Assembly: GCF_018350175.1 (NCBI RefSeq)
Contig: NC_058368.1
Span: 191,644,001-191,708,000 of the forward strand
Reading direction: 5' to 3'
Length of the DNA stretch: 64,000 nucleotides
Source: Felis catus
Taxonomy: Eukaryota
Positions within the stretch are counted from its first letter, which is position 1. Every line of letters begins with the position of its first letter. Made by a program: the position numbers and the translations under genes. Positions 12,727-24,819 of the stretch are shown here, one piece after another. Below the pieces are notes generated by a model that was given only the letters and a program-made list of their open reading frames with translations, made no database searches and had not been told where the DNA came from.

Positions 12727-12843
12727 TTTTTTTTTTTTTTAAGTTTTATTTATTAAAGTAATCTCCACCCAATGTGGGGCTCAAACCCATGACCTTGAGA
12801 TCAAGAGTTGCATGCTCCCCTGACTGGACCAGCCAGGCACCCT
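12727..12843 (-). mobile_element. Short old CanSINE
   Basis: T-tail, gtggggctcaaacccatgaccttgagatcaagagt...agccaggcaccc. Confidence 0.85.
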
Positions 12844-13214
12844 TCTAGGTGGTCTTTATATGATTCCTTCAGCTTCACTTATATATATAAAGCCTATTGT
12901 GATTTTCATAGAATTGTATTAAAGTCTAACTCAATTTGGACAAAATTAACATTTTTATTATGTTAAGTCCTCCAAACCATGAATATATGTCTCCATTTAT
13001 TTGGACCTTTCATTTCTTTTGTCCACGTTTTTGGGGGTAGTTTTCAGTATAGAGACCCTATACATGTTTTCTTATATTTATACATATGTATTCTGTTTTT
13101 GAATACTATTGTAAATGCTATTTTAAAAGTTTGTTCTATTTTTCATGGCTAGTGTATAATTGATTTTTGTGCGTTCACCTTATATTCTGTGACTTTCTCA
13201 AACTAATTTATTTA

Positions 13215-13388
13215 GGAGGTGCCTGAATGGCTCAGTCAGTGAAGTGTCCGACTCTTGATTTGGGCTCAGGTCATGACCTCACGGTTCATGAGTTCAAGCC
13301 CTGGGTTGGGCTCTGTAGTGACTCTCTCCTTCTCTTTGCCCCTTCCCCTGCTCTCTTTCTCTTTCTCTCAAAATAAATAAATAAGTTT
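13215..13388 (+). mobile_element. CanSINE
   Basis: gtgcctgaatggctcagtcagt...tcatgagttcaagccc; TSD aaact(a/c)atttattt. Confidence 0.88.
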
Positions 13389-13704
13389 AAACTCATTTAT
13401 TTCATTCTAGGAGTTGTTTTTATAAATTCCCTGGGATTTTATGTTCCTTGGGATATTCTATATAGACAATCAGATTTCTGGAAATAGAGACAGTTTTGTT
13501 TCTTTCACGCCCTTCTATTCTGACCCCTTAAGACTTTCTTTTTGTGGATTATTTTCTCTTTCAGGTAAACTTCCTGAAATGAATTCTAGATAAAGATGTG
13601 GGAGAGAGAAAATGAGAGTGTGGGATACAGTCTTAATTATACTAAGCTGTATACCTTCTAGAAATATCTGAAACATCTTTAATGCTATCAGTTTCTGTCT
13701 CACA

Positions 13705-13920
13705 TCAATCCACTGAATATTTACTTGGTCCCTACTGTGTGCAGATATTCTATGTAGAGGGAGATAAAATGTGAGATAAGAATAAAGTCCTTCATCAGAA
13801 ATTTACAGTGTAGTAAGGGTTACAGACAGTTACACAGATCACTTCAGTGCGATGCGGTATTAATGATGTAGGTAGACACATCTATCTCTGTAGGTAGAGA
13901 AAAAAATGAGAGAAATTTTT
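13705..13920 (-). mobile_element. L2 3' end
   Basis: ccactgaatatttacttggtccctactgtgtgcag...tttacagtgtagt. Confidence 0.6.
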
Positions 13921-14054
13921 ACTTTGGACTGGTAACGGATGGGGTGACCGGATTACTCTTGTTCAGGCCACCACTATCTCCTGGTTGGACAAGAGCAACA
14001 GCCTCCTAATTTAGTTACATGTCTCTAATCTTTCCCTACAAACAGTCTATTCTT

Positions 14055-14915
14055 TAAAAAAAAAAAATCAGCTTTACTGAGATACAGTTCACATACCATA
14101 CAATTCATCCGCTTAAAGTGCACAATTCAATGACTTTATTATACTCACAGAGTGGCACATCCATCATCACAGTCTATTTTAGAACGTTTTCATTATGTCA
14201 AAAAGAAATCCCTCTCCGCTCAACCATAATCCCCCAAAGTCTTCTTTCCCTCCATTCCAGGTAACCACTCATCTACCTCTGTCTCTACAGATTTGCCTAT
14301 TCTGGGTATTTCATATATGTATAGTCCTACAATACATGTTCCTTTATAACTGGTTTCTTTCACTTAATAGTCTCCAACTTCATATGTGTTTTAGCATGTG
14401 TCAGTGTTACATTTATTTTTATTGACAAATAATATTTTATTACATACATAGAGCGCAATTTATGTATCCATTCATCAGATGGCAAACATTTGGGTTATTT
14501 TCACTTTTTTTTGATTGTCATGAAAAATGCTGTGTAAACATTTGTGTGAATCTGTTTTCACTTTTCTCGAGTACATTCTCAGAAGTGGGAATGTTGAAAG
14601 ATACAGTACCTCTGTGTTTAACACTTGAGAAACTGCCAGACTCTTTTCCAAAGTGGCTGCACCATTTTCCATTTTCACCAGGAGTGTATGGGGGTTCCAA
14701 TTTTTTCACATCCCAGACAACACTTGTTATTACCTCTTTATTATAACCGTCCTAGTGAGTGTGGAGTGGTATCTCACCAAGGTTCTGATTTGCCTTTCTC
14801 TAGGGGATGATGCTGAGCATTTTTTCATGTTCTTACTAGCCATCGGTACATCTTTGGAGAAATGTATATTCATGTCGATTGCCCATTTTTGAAATGAGTT
14901 GTTCTTATGTTATAG
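14055..14915 (-). mobile_element. L1MB-like 3' end
   Basis: cagctttactgagatacagttcacataccatacaattcatccgcttaaagtg is the antisense L1MB terminus; aactgccagactcttttccaaagtggctgcacc also present. Confidence 0.88.
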
Positions 14916-14929
14916 TTATAAGGCTTATT

Positions 14930-15280
14930 GCACCAGCCTTTCCCTTTGCCCATAGTACTTGTCTCAGCTCTATTCATGGCCATCCCACCCCAATATTCAT
15001 TTTTTAGCTCAAATGCCATCTCAGGCATCATGATATATCTTATGCCTTCATAGAAATTACCACTTTCTGTAAATGTTTTATTTCCTTGTTTGTTGGTTTA
15101 CTTATGTATTGTCTATCTCTCTAACAGACATACATAGAATATATAGAATGCAAATCCCATAAGAGCAAGGACCCTGTTCAAGCTTCCCACCAATCTTTTA
15201 TATAGTACGTATTCAGTAAATATGTATGAAATTGTAAAAATACATGAATGAATGAATGAGTGAAAGAATGAATAAAGTGA
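14930..15280 (+). mobile_element. L2 3' end with (TGAA)n tail
   Basis: gctcaaatgccatctc...agaatgcaaatcccataagagcaaggacc...tgaatgaatgaatga. Confidence 0.7.
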
Positions 15281-16829
15281 GCCAAAGAAGTCATTGCGGA
15301 GTAAGTGGCACTCGAGATAAATCTACAGAAAACCTAAATAAGACTCACTGTGATCTCTGAATGAATTACACCCTGTATGGGACCGTTTTACAAAACCTGC
15401 AAGAGCAAGGTCTATAGTTGATGAAAAACAACATCGATAGAGAAGTTAATGTTTATTGTATTTGAGAACATGTTTGAGAGCATACATTAGTAAATTGGAG
15501 ATTTGTAGCCAGATGTAGCATCTTTAATTATGCAAACAGAGTAATAAATGTTCCTTTCTCCTCTGCTTTTCAGACTCTATTCTGAGCCCACCCTCTCTCT
15601 GGTTGTAGTTTTTCAGCTACAGATTTGTGAATCAAGTCAAATGTTTTCTGGGCTGAATTGTAGTGCCAACTTCGAGGCATTCCTTGCTACCAAGACCAGC
15701 TGTCACATGAGGAAAATGCAGCCCACTTCCAACTGGCACATAATGCTTAACAGCTAGACTGAGCAATACTCCCGCACTGGCAGCTGGACCCCGGTGGAGT
15801 TTTGCAGGACTTTTTTTACCTCCCTGGCCACACTCTTATAGGGAAACAACATGGTATTTGCCCTCTTGCCTTAATTCCTTTCAGGACTCCTTTACCAGGT
15901 GTTTATACTGCTTGTCAACATTCACCATTAATAGAAAGTCACAGCAATAGCACAGAACACAATGGACTTTGGAGTCATACGGTCTTGGGTGCAAATCACA
16001 ATTCTACTCCTTACCAGATGTTTGACCTTGGGCAAGGGACTTAACTCGTCTCTAGTTCAGATTTCTTATTCATGACATGGAGAATATGCATCCTCTCTGG
16101 GTTGTTGGAAGGAATTATTCACACACACACATTCAACTCATACTCACAGGTGCCTGTGATAACATGCAGTTGCCATGTCCTGAGAACATACCATAAGCCA
16201 AGCATTGTTCTTTTTTTCTCGGGACACTCTAAGACCTAGGCAGTATTCGTCCCGTTTTACAAATGGGGAAACAGAGTCCCAGAGATATGAAATAAGTGCC
16301 CAAACTCACATGGTTAATGAGTGGCAAAGACAGAATTTAAACCTGCCTCCAGTCTTCATTCTTAAAGACTACCTTCCACGAGGGTCAGGATTTTTGCAAG
16401 TTTTATGCACTGCATATTCCCTGGTATGGAGATCTATCAGTGTCTATTAGTCAGGTTGCTCCAGTACAAAGTAAACGCTCCATAAACACATGCTGATGGA
16501 ATTCACAGACATTCTACACTGCTCTACACTAGCCCCTATGCAAGACACTGAGGATACTGTAACACACAAGGAAGGCTTGATCTCTGTCCTCCTACAGTTT
16601 ACAATCTAGTTCAGATTAACTAAGATCCTGCCTATAAAGCACCTGGCACTGCATCTAACACATAATACTTTAAAAAAAGTCCTGCTATTGCTATATTTTA
16701 TAAGACGTTCCTTTTTTTACGTAACCCAAATACCCATATTCTCATGTGCAATAAGGGAATAACTGTTTTATAATTAATGTTAGGGCATTCATCTGTAGGA
16801 GCTGTCATAATTTATTCTCATTCATCCTT

Positions 16830-17035
16830 TTTCTTTTAAGTTTATTTATTTTGAGAGAGAGAGAGAGAGATTGATTGAGGGAGGGGCAGAGAGAGACGGA
16901 GAAAGAGAATCCCAAGCAGGCTCCGCGCTGTCAGCACAGAGCCCTACACAGGGCTTGAACTCACTAACCGGGAGATCATGACCTAAGCTCAAATCAGGAG
17001 TCTGACACTTAACCGATTGAGCCACTCAGGCACGC
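16830..17035 (-). mobile_element. CanSINE
   Basis: agaatcccaagcaggctccgcgctgtcagcacagagccc...ttgagccactcaggcac. Confidence 0.92.
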
Positions 17036-17984
17036 TGCCACTTGTTCTTTTCAAAGGTATTTCCTGAACATATACTCTGGGTTAAAAAAAAAAAACAAAA
17101 ACCAAAACCAAAAACACAATTCTATCTGCCAGAGAACCTGGCCTCGTTCACCCGGCTATTGGCTTCCATGATCCCATTACTTCTGGCTGGAGGAGGAGGA
17201 GAGGTACGTCTCAGGACCCAGCAACCTGACCCTCGTGTGGAGCACCTTCCAGAAAACCCAAGAGCAGATCTGATTTGCCTGTAGTCATTTTCTTCTCCCA
17301 CTAGGAGATGACACAGTATCAAGGGAGGTGGGTGAGAATGAAACGAAGGGTGGGATTGGTGGCAGCAAGAACAAATAGCCTAGAACAGAGTAGGCTGGGC
17401 CCTAAAGCAGGCACTTCAGCGTTTATCTCCTTTTCCACACTGGTAAGCTTCAAGAGGCTGACCTGAGGAGGCAGGTTTAGACCTGCCATGTCGGGCCCCT
17501 AACAAAAGAAGCAGAAATCTTCACAGACAGACAAAGCAGAGCATCAAGAAAAGAGAAAGAGTTTGGAACAACAGGGAGGTGTTCTGCTGCTTCATTTCAC
17601 CGCACAGAGGTAGGGACTAAACAGGCTCCTCGCCATTGACTAGAAAAAGAGAGAAATAATGAGAAACATCTGGAGCTTTTTCTGACACCTGGTCAGATTC
17701 TGTCCTGTCCAACTGGTTTTGTGGGCTTTTAAGTTTTGCTTTGCATTTTCTGAGACCAAAACTAAAACCACACTTCATGCCAAGTTAAGTAACGAAATAT
17801 CATTACATTTACATTTGCCACAAATTTTACCACAATTCTTTGAGACAATTACCGCGACAACTATTATATTACCACTACTACCGTTGCCCCGTCTTCCAAA
17901 TAACTGAGGCTCAGAGAGGTTACGGAACTTACCCAACGCCATGTGATCAGTCAGAGGCAAAATTCACACCGTGACTGCCTACAG

Positions 17985-18308
17985 GGTCACGTGGAAAGGA
18001 ACTATGGGAAGCCTCTCGGAGCAAAGAGCCGTCCCTGACTGACAACCAGCAAGGAAACAGGGGCCTCTGTCCTACAATCTCAGGAACTGAACTCTGCCAA
18101 CAACCTGAATGAGCTCGAACGAGCTCGAATGAGCTCTAGGTGAGAGTTCATCCCAGCTGGACTCACTTTTCACCCTGTGAGACTTCAAGTGGCGGCTCCA
18201 GCTAAGCCAACCTCAGACTTCCTATCTGCAGAAGCGGAGAATACATGGTATTGCTTGAAACCACTAAAGATGTGGTAATTTGCTGTGCAGCGATAGAAAA
18301 CAAATTCA
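17985..18308 (+). mobile_element. MaLR LTR (MLT1D/E-like)
   Basis: acaaccagcaaggaaacagggg...aggaactgaactctgccaacaacctgaatgagc...gtggtaatttgctgtgcagcgatagaaaacaaattca. Confidence 0.82.
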
Positions 18309-18329
18309 GTGTTTACTGTAGAGATTTGG

Positions 18330-19370
18330 GACACCTGAAGGAGTTGAATGGAGGAAAATAAATATCACCCATCATCTCACCATAAGAGGTAGTAACCCTG
18401 CTGACACTTTTGGTGTGTTTGTTTCCGGTATTTACGACACGTGTTCCATACCGGTAACAAACTGTTAATAAATTTTGTTCTCTCGCCTTTCATTTTCTAT
18501 GTTGTTCATCAGACATCAAAAATAAGAGAATTTTTTATGTTATCAAATATGACTTGCAAATTTAACTTTTGGCAATTACTATATTCTATGCATATATAAA
18601 TATTTCTGTAACCATGCCCTTTGGAGGCATCTAGATTGTCTTCATATTTCTTTTGTAATAAACTTCATTTTGATAATTATTCTTTTCATAAACCTGTACG
18701 TCATCTCTTTTATCTTTAGGACAGATTCCTGGAAGTGCTCTGGATGAATCAAAAAGCTTTTGAAATCCTTCAATATCTTGACACACATTATCAGTTTGTA
18801 TCTAAAAGGGAAATACTGTCCCTACCAGCCATAGGGAAGGAGTTAGAAACTACTAATCTCACCACGCTCTCACCCCACTGGGTGTTACTGCCTTTAAGAA
18901 ATCTTGGCAAATCTGATAGGCAAAATGTAGCATATTAATTTGTTTTCTTTTACTCATACCTTTATTAGCCATTTGTACTTTTAATGAATGATTTATTTGC
19001 TCGTGCTCTTTACTCGTTTTGTTTTCATCTGGGGTGTGTGTGTGGTTTTGTTTTTGTTTGTTTGTTTGTTGTAGTTGATTGGTAAGATTTGTTGGTAAGA
19101 TTTCTTCCTACATTCAAGAAGTTAACCAAGTATTTATTTCAAATATTTTCTCAGTGTGTCATTTCCTTTTTTATTTAGATTTATGGCCCATAGTAGCTTT
19201 TGTTCACTCATATACAAACTATCATCTCTTACCTGTGTGAACTTTTCCATTGTTTTTAGAGAAAAATGATTGCCCAGCATGGTATCCAATAGTGACATGT
19301 GTTTTCTTCTGCATTTAAACTCTTCTCTTTTCTATTTTTATGTTAACTGTAATCCATCCTGTGTGAAGTG
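18330..19370 (-). mobile_element. Very old L1ME-like relic
   Basis: Degenerate antisense L1 motifs: tttaggacagattcctggaagt, ggcaaatctgataggcaaaa, ttattagccatttgta. Confidence 0.6.
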
Positions 19371-20364
19371 AGGCTTCCCCTCCAGTGATGGGGCACCTAC
19401 CTAATGACTAGATGGGGGATGACTGTCAGGGAGGCATGAACTATACCCTGCTCAGGTCTCCTCCATGGTTCTAGCACAGACATACACCCACCTAACACAG
19501 TGTAAACATGTCTCTCTAATCGACGTGGATTCGACTGATTCAAATGGACTCTCAGAAGCACCACAGTCATGGACAGATGATCCCAGGATCCTCATATTGA
19601 TCAACATGCTTGGGTCTGATCTTGTGTCCATTGTAAACTCACTGGATAGCAGTTGGAGAAAACGGCTTTAATAAAATCATTTATTCCAGCTCTCCCAACT
19701 CAGTGGCAGATGCTTCTGGTTCCAGACCTCTTTCCTCCTGCCAAATTTGTCAGATGAAGCTGCAGACGTGAGGGTCTGTTGCCATTTCAGGATCAAAAGG
19801 CACACTTCCACCTGCTGTCATTTGTCTGATCCTAAACAGGCACCAGGTGATTGGATGTGACAGACATCACATCCAACACAGAAATAATTTCCAATCACCT
19901 GAGAACTATCCCCTCCCTTTCACCTCATGTTCACACCGGATAGAATCTAGAGCTTAACGCAGGCAGAATCTTTTTTCAGTCTTTTTTCAGGTTACATTTA
20001 TTTCCAACTAAATGTATGTTGATTAGTAATGATGAAGCACAAACAAATACTTTTAAAACAGGAAAGCTGTGGAAAACCTATTAGCCACGGGCCCCTCGGT
20101 AGTCCTTTTGTAATTTATGAGCCTAATTCAGACCATGTGACTTCCTGGAAGCCAATGTTCTTAGATATTCAATTGAGGCTGGTCTTATTTTGGGTGAAAG
20201 AATGCATACAGAATGTACACTTTTTTTTTTTTTAGACAAGGCAAATCATCTCTGCATGGTAGAAAATAATTGTGCTGCACCCTCTCCCTTGATGAGTTAT
20301 TTCATACTCCCGTTTTCAACTATCTTGCAAATGCTCATGATGCTTTGACTATGTAGGTACTATC

Positions 20365-21180
20365 TTAGGTCAATGTTCTGGTTATCACTCCAAAATTCAG
20401 TGGTGTAAAACCATTTTACTATGTTCATACACTATTATGCATATGATTCTGTGAGCTGGGAACTAACTCAGGGCACAGTGTAGATAACCTGTCTCTGCTC
20501 CATGATGTGTTGGAATCCAACTGAGAAAACAGGGATGGCTAGGGGTGACTCCTATATTGGGGCCTGAAATCATCTGGAGGCTTCTTCACTCACATGTGTC
20601 GCACTTACACTGGAAATGACAAAGAGCAAGGTGCTCATTGGGCATCTCAGTATATGCCTATAGAGTGTCCAGAACCCCATGTGGTCTTTCAGTGTGGCAT
20701 CTCCAGCATGGCAGCCTCAAGCAAACTGGATTCCTCACCTGGAGCTCAGAGCTCCAATGGCAAACGTTCCAGCGAATAAGGCAGAAGCTCCTTGGTCGTT
20801 TATGACCCAGGCTCAAAACTCACATAACATTACTTCCACTATAAACCTACAGGTTAAAATACAGCCAGATTTAATGGATAGGGATCTAAATCCCATCTCT
20901 TGATGAAGAGCATGTCAGAGCTTGTAGCCATGTTTATTTTTTATTGTTTTAACTTAAAAAAATGTTTATTTTTGAAAGAGAGAGAACACAAACTGAGGAA
21001 GGGCAGCGGGGGGCGGGGGCGGGGAGGGTGGACAGAGGATGCAAAGTGGGCTCTCTGCTGTCAGCACAGAGATGTGGGGCTTGAACTCATGAACCTCCAG
21101 ATCATGATCTGAGCCCAAGCTGGATGCTCAACCAACTGAGCCACCCAAGTGACCCTGTAGCCATGTTTAAAAGCTGCCAC
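20365..21180 (-). mobile_element. MaLR LTR (MLT1F/H-like) split by a SINE
   Basis: actccaaaattcagtggt...gattctgtgagctgggaa...gtctctgctccatgatg...aatcatctggaggcttcttcactcacatg. Confidence 0.78.
20937..21155 (-). mobile_element. CanSINE
   Basis: Antisense body; TSD tgtagccatgttta at 20923-20936 and 21156-21169. Confidence 0.9.
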
Positions 21181-21619
21181 CAAACAACCTCTGAGCCAAC
21201 AAGTCAAGTGCAAGAATTCAGGGTGACTTAACTAGTGGAGTAGTGCTATAACCAACTAGGGCTCAACCTCAGCGGCAACTATGTGATGCAGCATAGAATA
21301 AGCCCACTGTTCTCCCCAACAGTGAAGTAAGGTTGAGGAGCTATTTATCTACTAACTCCTCATAGTCATTGGCTGAGAGTTACTTGGCAAGGGAGGTGTG
21401 GGAACCCCTGACACTTCCAGAGGGTTCCCACTGCCAGAGGACCACCCCCCCTCAAAAAAGCATCAGTTATTTGAAGTTGGAAGTTGTGGGACTGGCATGT
21501 ACAGTAATGTTGAGAGCTGAGTAGATATGTAATTTGGGGCGTGTACAGGGTCTGCTACAGGACTTTCATCATACCTTAATTATACTGCTAAACATCTAGA
21601 CAAGAAATTCAGATTGGTT

Positions 21620-22500
21620 GATGTATCTCTTCTCCTAAACTGTGACCTCCATCAGGGCAGGAGCTGGGACTTTTTCATTTTTGTATCATTAGCACCCACA
21701 ATGGAAACTTGCACATAGGAGAGCCCCCCAAAATCATTACATACTAAAATAAAGAATGCATGCATGCCTTTCGTTCAAATCCCTTTCCAATAAATTCCCC
21801 AGATTTTCTTACTACCTAATTTTGTGCTGCCTTGGAAGCCTCAAAGTTCACACAAATAGTCTACTGCTGTCTTTTTCATACTGTGCTCTAAGACCTTAAG
21901 CCTGCTTCTCCTCCTGTATTTACTCTCTCGATAAATGGCTCCATCATCTATCTATTCAGTATCCGAGGTAAAAACTCTTGATTCATCTTTTACCTCATTT
22001 CCTCCCAGAACCCTCCACATGTATGTTTTGCCACATCTATCTTTGGAGTTGTACTATCTCCCTCTTTGCCATATCTTTCTGTTACTGCTTCTAGATCAAA
22101 TGCTCATCATCTCTTGCTAGACTATTGCTATAATTCCCTTATGGGTCTTATTGCCTCAAATGGCTCCTGAAAATTCAGTGTACTGAAAGCACCCCCCAGC
22201 TTAAAACCCTTTAGTTATTCCAATATCAGGTGAAAATAAATGCTCTTAGCTTTCAATTCTCAGCCAACACAAATTAAAGCATGTAGATCTTCAAATGTAT
22301 CTCCCATCCTATGTATAAAACCCATACATTGGTCCACACAGTTCACAAAGCCTCAAAACCCCCAAACTCACCCTCTATATTTGGGTCATTTCTTCCTAGT
22401 CTTTCTTCCCAGAATACATTCTATGTCAGTCTGCATCTGACAAAGTTTCAGCTATCCTTCAAGGTCTAATAGGTTCCACTTTCTCTATTAGAATAACCAC
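21620..22500 (+). mobile_element. L2 fragments
   Basis: aactgtgacctccatcagggcagga...cacatagg; tcatcatctcttgctagactattgc; ttaaaaccctt. Confidence 0.6.
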
Positions 22501-22770
22501 TATCACTAACCCTAGTTAACTAACAACTCAGCCTTAGTTAAAAGTACCATATTTCCTCAATTCTAAGACACTATGAAGTACACGATGCTTTATAGATTTA
22601 CTGCCACATTTTTAAAGATGGCAACAAACTAAATGGCCTGTGCACATTTTAGAAACATTACATGTGAACAGTGTTGGAAACTGTAGGGGTTCGGAGCTGT
22701 CACCCAAAAGTATGTTGCCTTGATACATTGACTATTTTGAGTTGAAGGTACTTCAAAAACAGCAAATGCA

Positions 22771-24819
22771 GTTGTTTAACATAGTGTTGAAAGTTCTAGC
22801 ATCAGCAACCAGACAACAAAAGGAAACCAAAGGCATCAAAACTGGCAAAGATGAAGTCAAGCTTTCACTTTTTGCAGATGACATGATATTATACATGGAA
22901 AACCTGATAGACTCCACCAAAAGTCTGCTAGAACTGATACATGAATTCAGCAAAGTCACAGGATACAAAATCAATGTACAGAAATCAGTTGCATTCTAAT
23001 ACACTAATAATGAAGCAACAGAAAGACAAAGAAACTGATCCTATTCACAATTGCACCAAGAATCATAAAATACCTAGGAATAAACCTGACCAAGGATGTA
23101 AAAGATTTGTATGCTGAAAACTATAGAAAGTTTATGAAGGAAATTGAAGATACAAAGAAATGGAAAAACATTCCGTGCTCATGGATGGGAAGAATAAATA
23201 TTGTTAAAATGTCAATACTACCCAAAGCTATCTACACATTCAATGCAATCCCAATCAAAATTGCACCAGCATTCTTCTCAAAGCTAGAACAAGCAATCCT
23301 ATGGGGCGCCTGGGTGGCTCAGTCCGTTGGGCGGCCGACTTCGGCTCAGGTCATGATCTTGCGGTCCGTGAGTTCGAGCCCCGCGTCGGGCTCTGTGCTG
23401 ACAGCTCAGAGCCTAGAGCCTGTTTCGGATTCTGTGTCTCCCTCTCTCTGACCCTCCCCCATTCATGCTCTGTCTCTCTCTATCTCAAAAATAAGTAAAC
23501 GTTAAAAAAAATGTTTTTTAAAATAAAAAAAAAGCTAGAACAAGCAATCCTAAAATTTGTATGGAACCACAAAAGACCCCGAATAGCCAAAGTAATATTG
23601 AAGAAGAAGACCAAAGCAGGAGGCATCACAATCCCAGACTTTAGCCTCTACTACAAAGCTGTAATCATTAAGACAGCATGGTATTGGCACAAAAACAGAC
23701 ACAGAGACCAATGGAATAGAAGAGAGACTCCAGAATTGGACCCACAAAAGTGGAAAGAATATCCAATGGAAAAAAGACAGTCTTTTTAACAAATGGTGCT
23801 GGGAGAACTGGACAGTAACATGCAGAAGAATGAAACTAGACCACTTTCTTACACCATTCACAAAAATAAACTCAAAATGGATAAAGGACCTGAATGTGAG
23901 GCAGGAAACCATCAAAACCCTAGAGGAGAAAGCAGGAAAAAACCTCTCTGACCTCAGCCGTGGCAATTTCTTACTTGACACATCTCCAAAGGCAAGGGAA
24001 TTACAAGTAAAAATGAACTATTGGGGCCTCATGAAGATAAAAAGCTTCTGCACTGCAAAGGAAACAATCAACAAAACTAAAAGGCAACCAATGGAATGGG
24101 AAAAGATATTTGCAAATGACATATCGGACAAAGGACTAGTATCCAAAATCTATAAAGAACTCACCAAACTCCACACCCAAAAAACAAATAATCCGGTGAA
24201 AATATGGGCAGAAGACATGAATAGACACTTTTCTAAAGAAGACATCCAGATAGCCAACAGGCACATGACAAGATGCTCAACATCGCTCCTCATCAGGGAA
24301 ATACAAATCAAAACCACACTCAGATACCATCTCACGCCAGTCAGAGTGGCTAAAATGAACAAATCAGGAGACTATAGATGCTGGTGAGGATGTGGAGAAA
24401 TGGGAACCCTCTTGCACTGTCAGTGGGAATGCAAAGTGGTGCAGCCGCTCTGGAAAACAGTGTGGAGGTTCCTCAAAAAATTAAAATTAGATCTACCCTA
24501 TGACTCAGCAATAGCACTGCTAGGAATTTACCCAAGGGATACAGGAGTGCTGATGCATAGGGGCACTTGTACCCCAATGTTTATAGCAGCACTTTCAACA
24601 ATAGCCAAATTATGGAAAGAGCCTAAATGTCCACCAACTGATGAATGGATAAAGAAATTGTGGTTTGTATACACAATGGAATACTACTTGGCAATGAGAA
24701 AGAATGAAATATGGCCTTTTGTAGCAACGTGGATGGAACTGGAGAGTGCTATGCTAAGTGAAATAAGTCATACAGAGAAGGACAGATACTATATGTTTTC
24801 ACTCTTATGTGGATCCTGA
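22771..24819 (+). pseudogene. Disabled L1 ORF2p remnant
   Basis: In-frame stops at 22997-22999 and 24385-24387, frameshifts, an internal deletion near 23750 and a SINE insertion; 23830-24819 stays in one frame apart from one nonsense codon. Confidence 0.92.
23302..23530 (+). mobile_element. CanSINE SINEC_Fc-type inserted into L1 ORF2
   Basis: Full body with many CpGs retained; perfect 22-bp TSD aaagctagaacaagcaatccta at 23280-23301 and 23531-23552. Confidence 0.97.

Larger units (their letters stand above)
10395..13510 (-). mobile_element. Old L1M (L1MB/MC-like) 3' UTR and ORF2 relic, hosting several later insertions
   Basis: Antisense L1 motifs, e.g. actgccaaactgttttccaaagtggctg, gactaatgatgttgaacatcttttcat, gatgtccaattgctccaacacc; ORF 11484..11726(-) contains QPLWKTVWQF, an L1 ORF2 C-terminal motif. 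Confidence 0.85.

Noticed and set aside
22742..24819. Long ORFs with an RT motif (FADD) as a possible functional or novel reverse transcriptase system
   Set aside because: Ordinary 5'-truncated L1 ORF2 with stops, frameshifts, a deletion and a SINE insertion.
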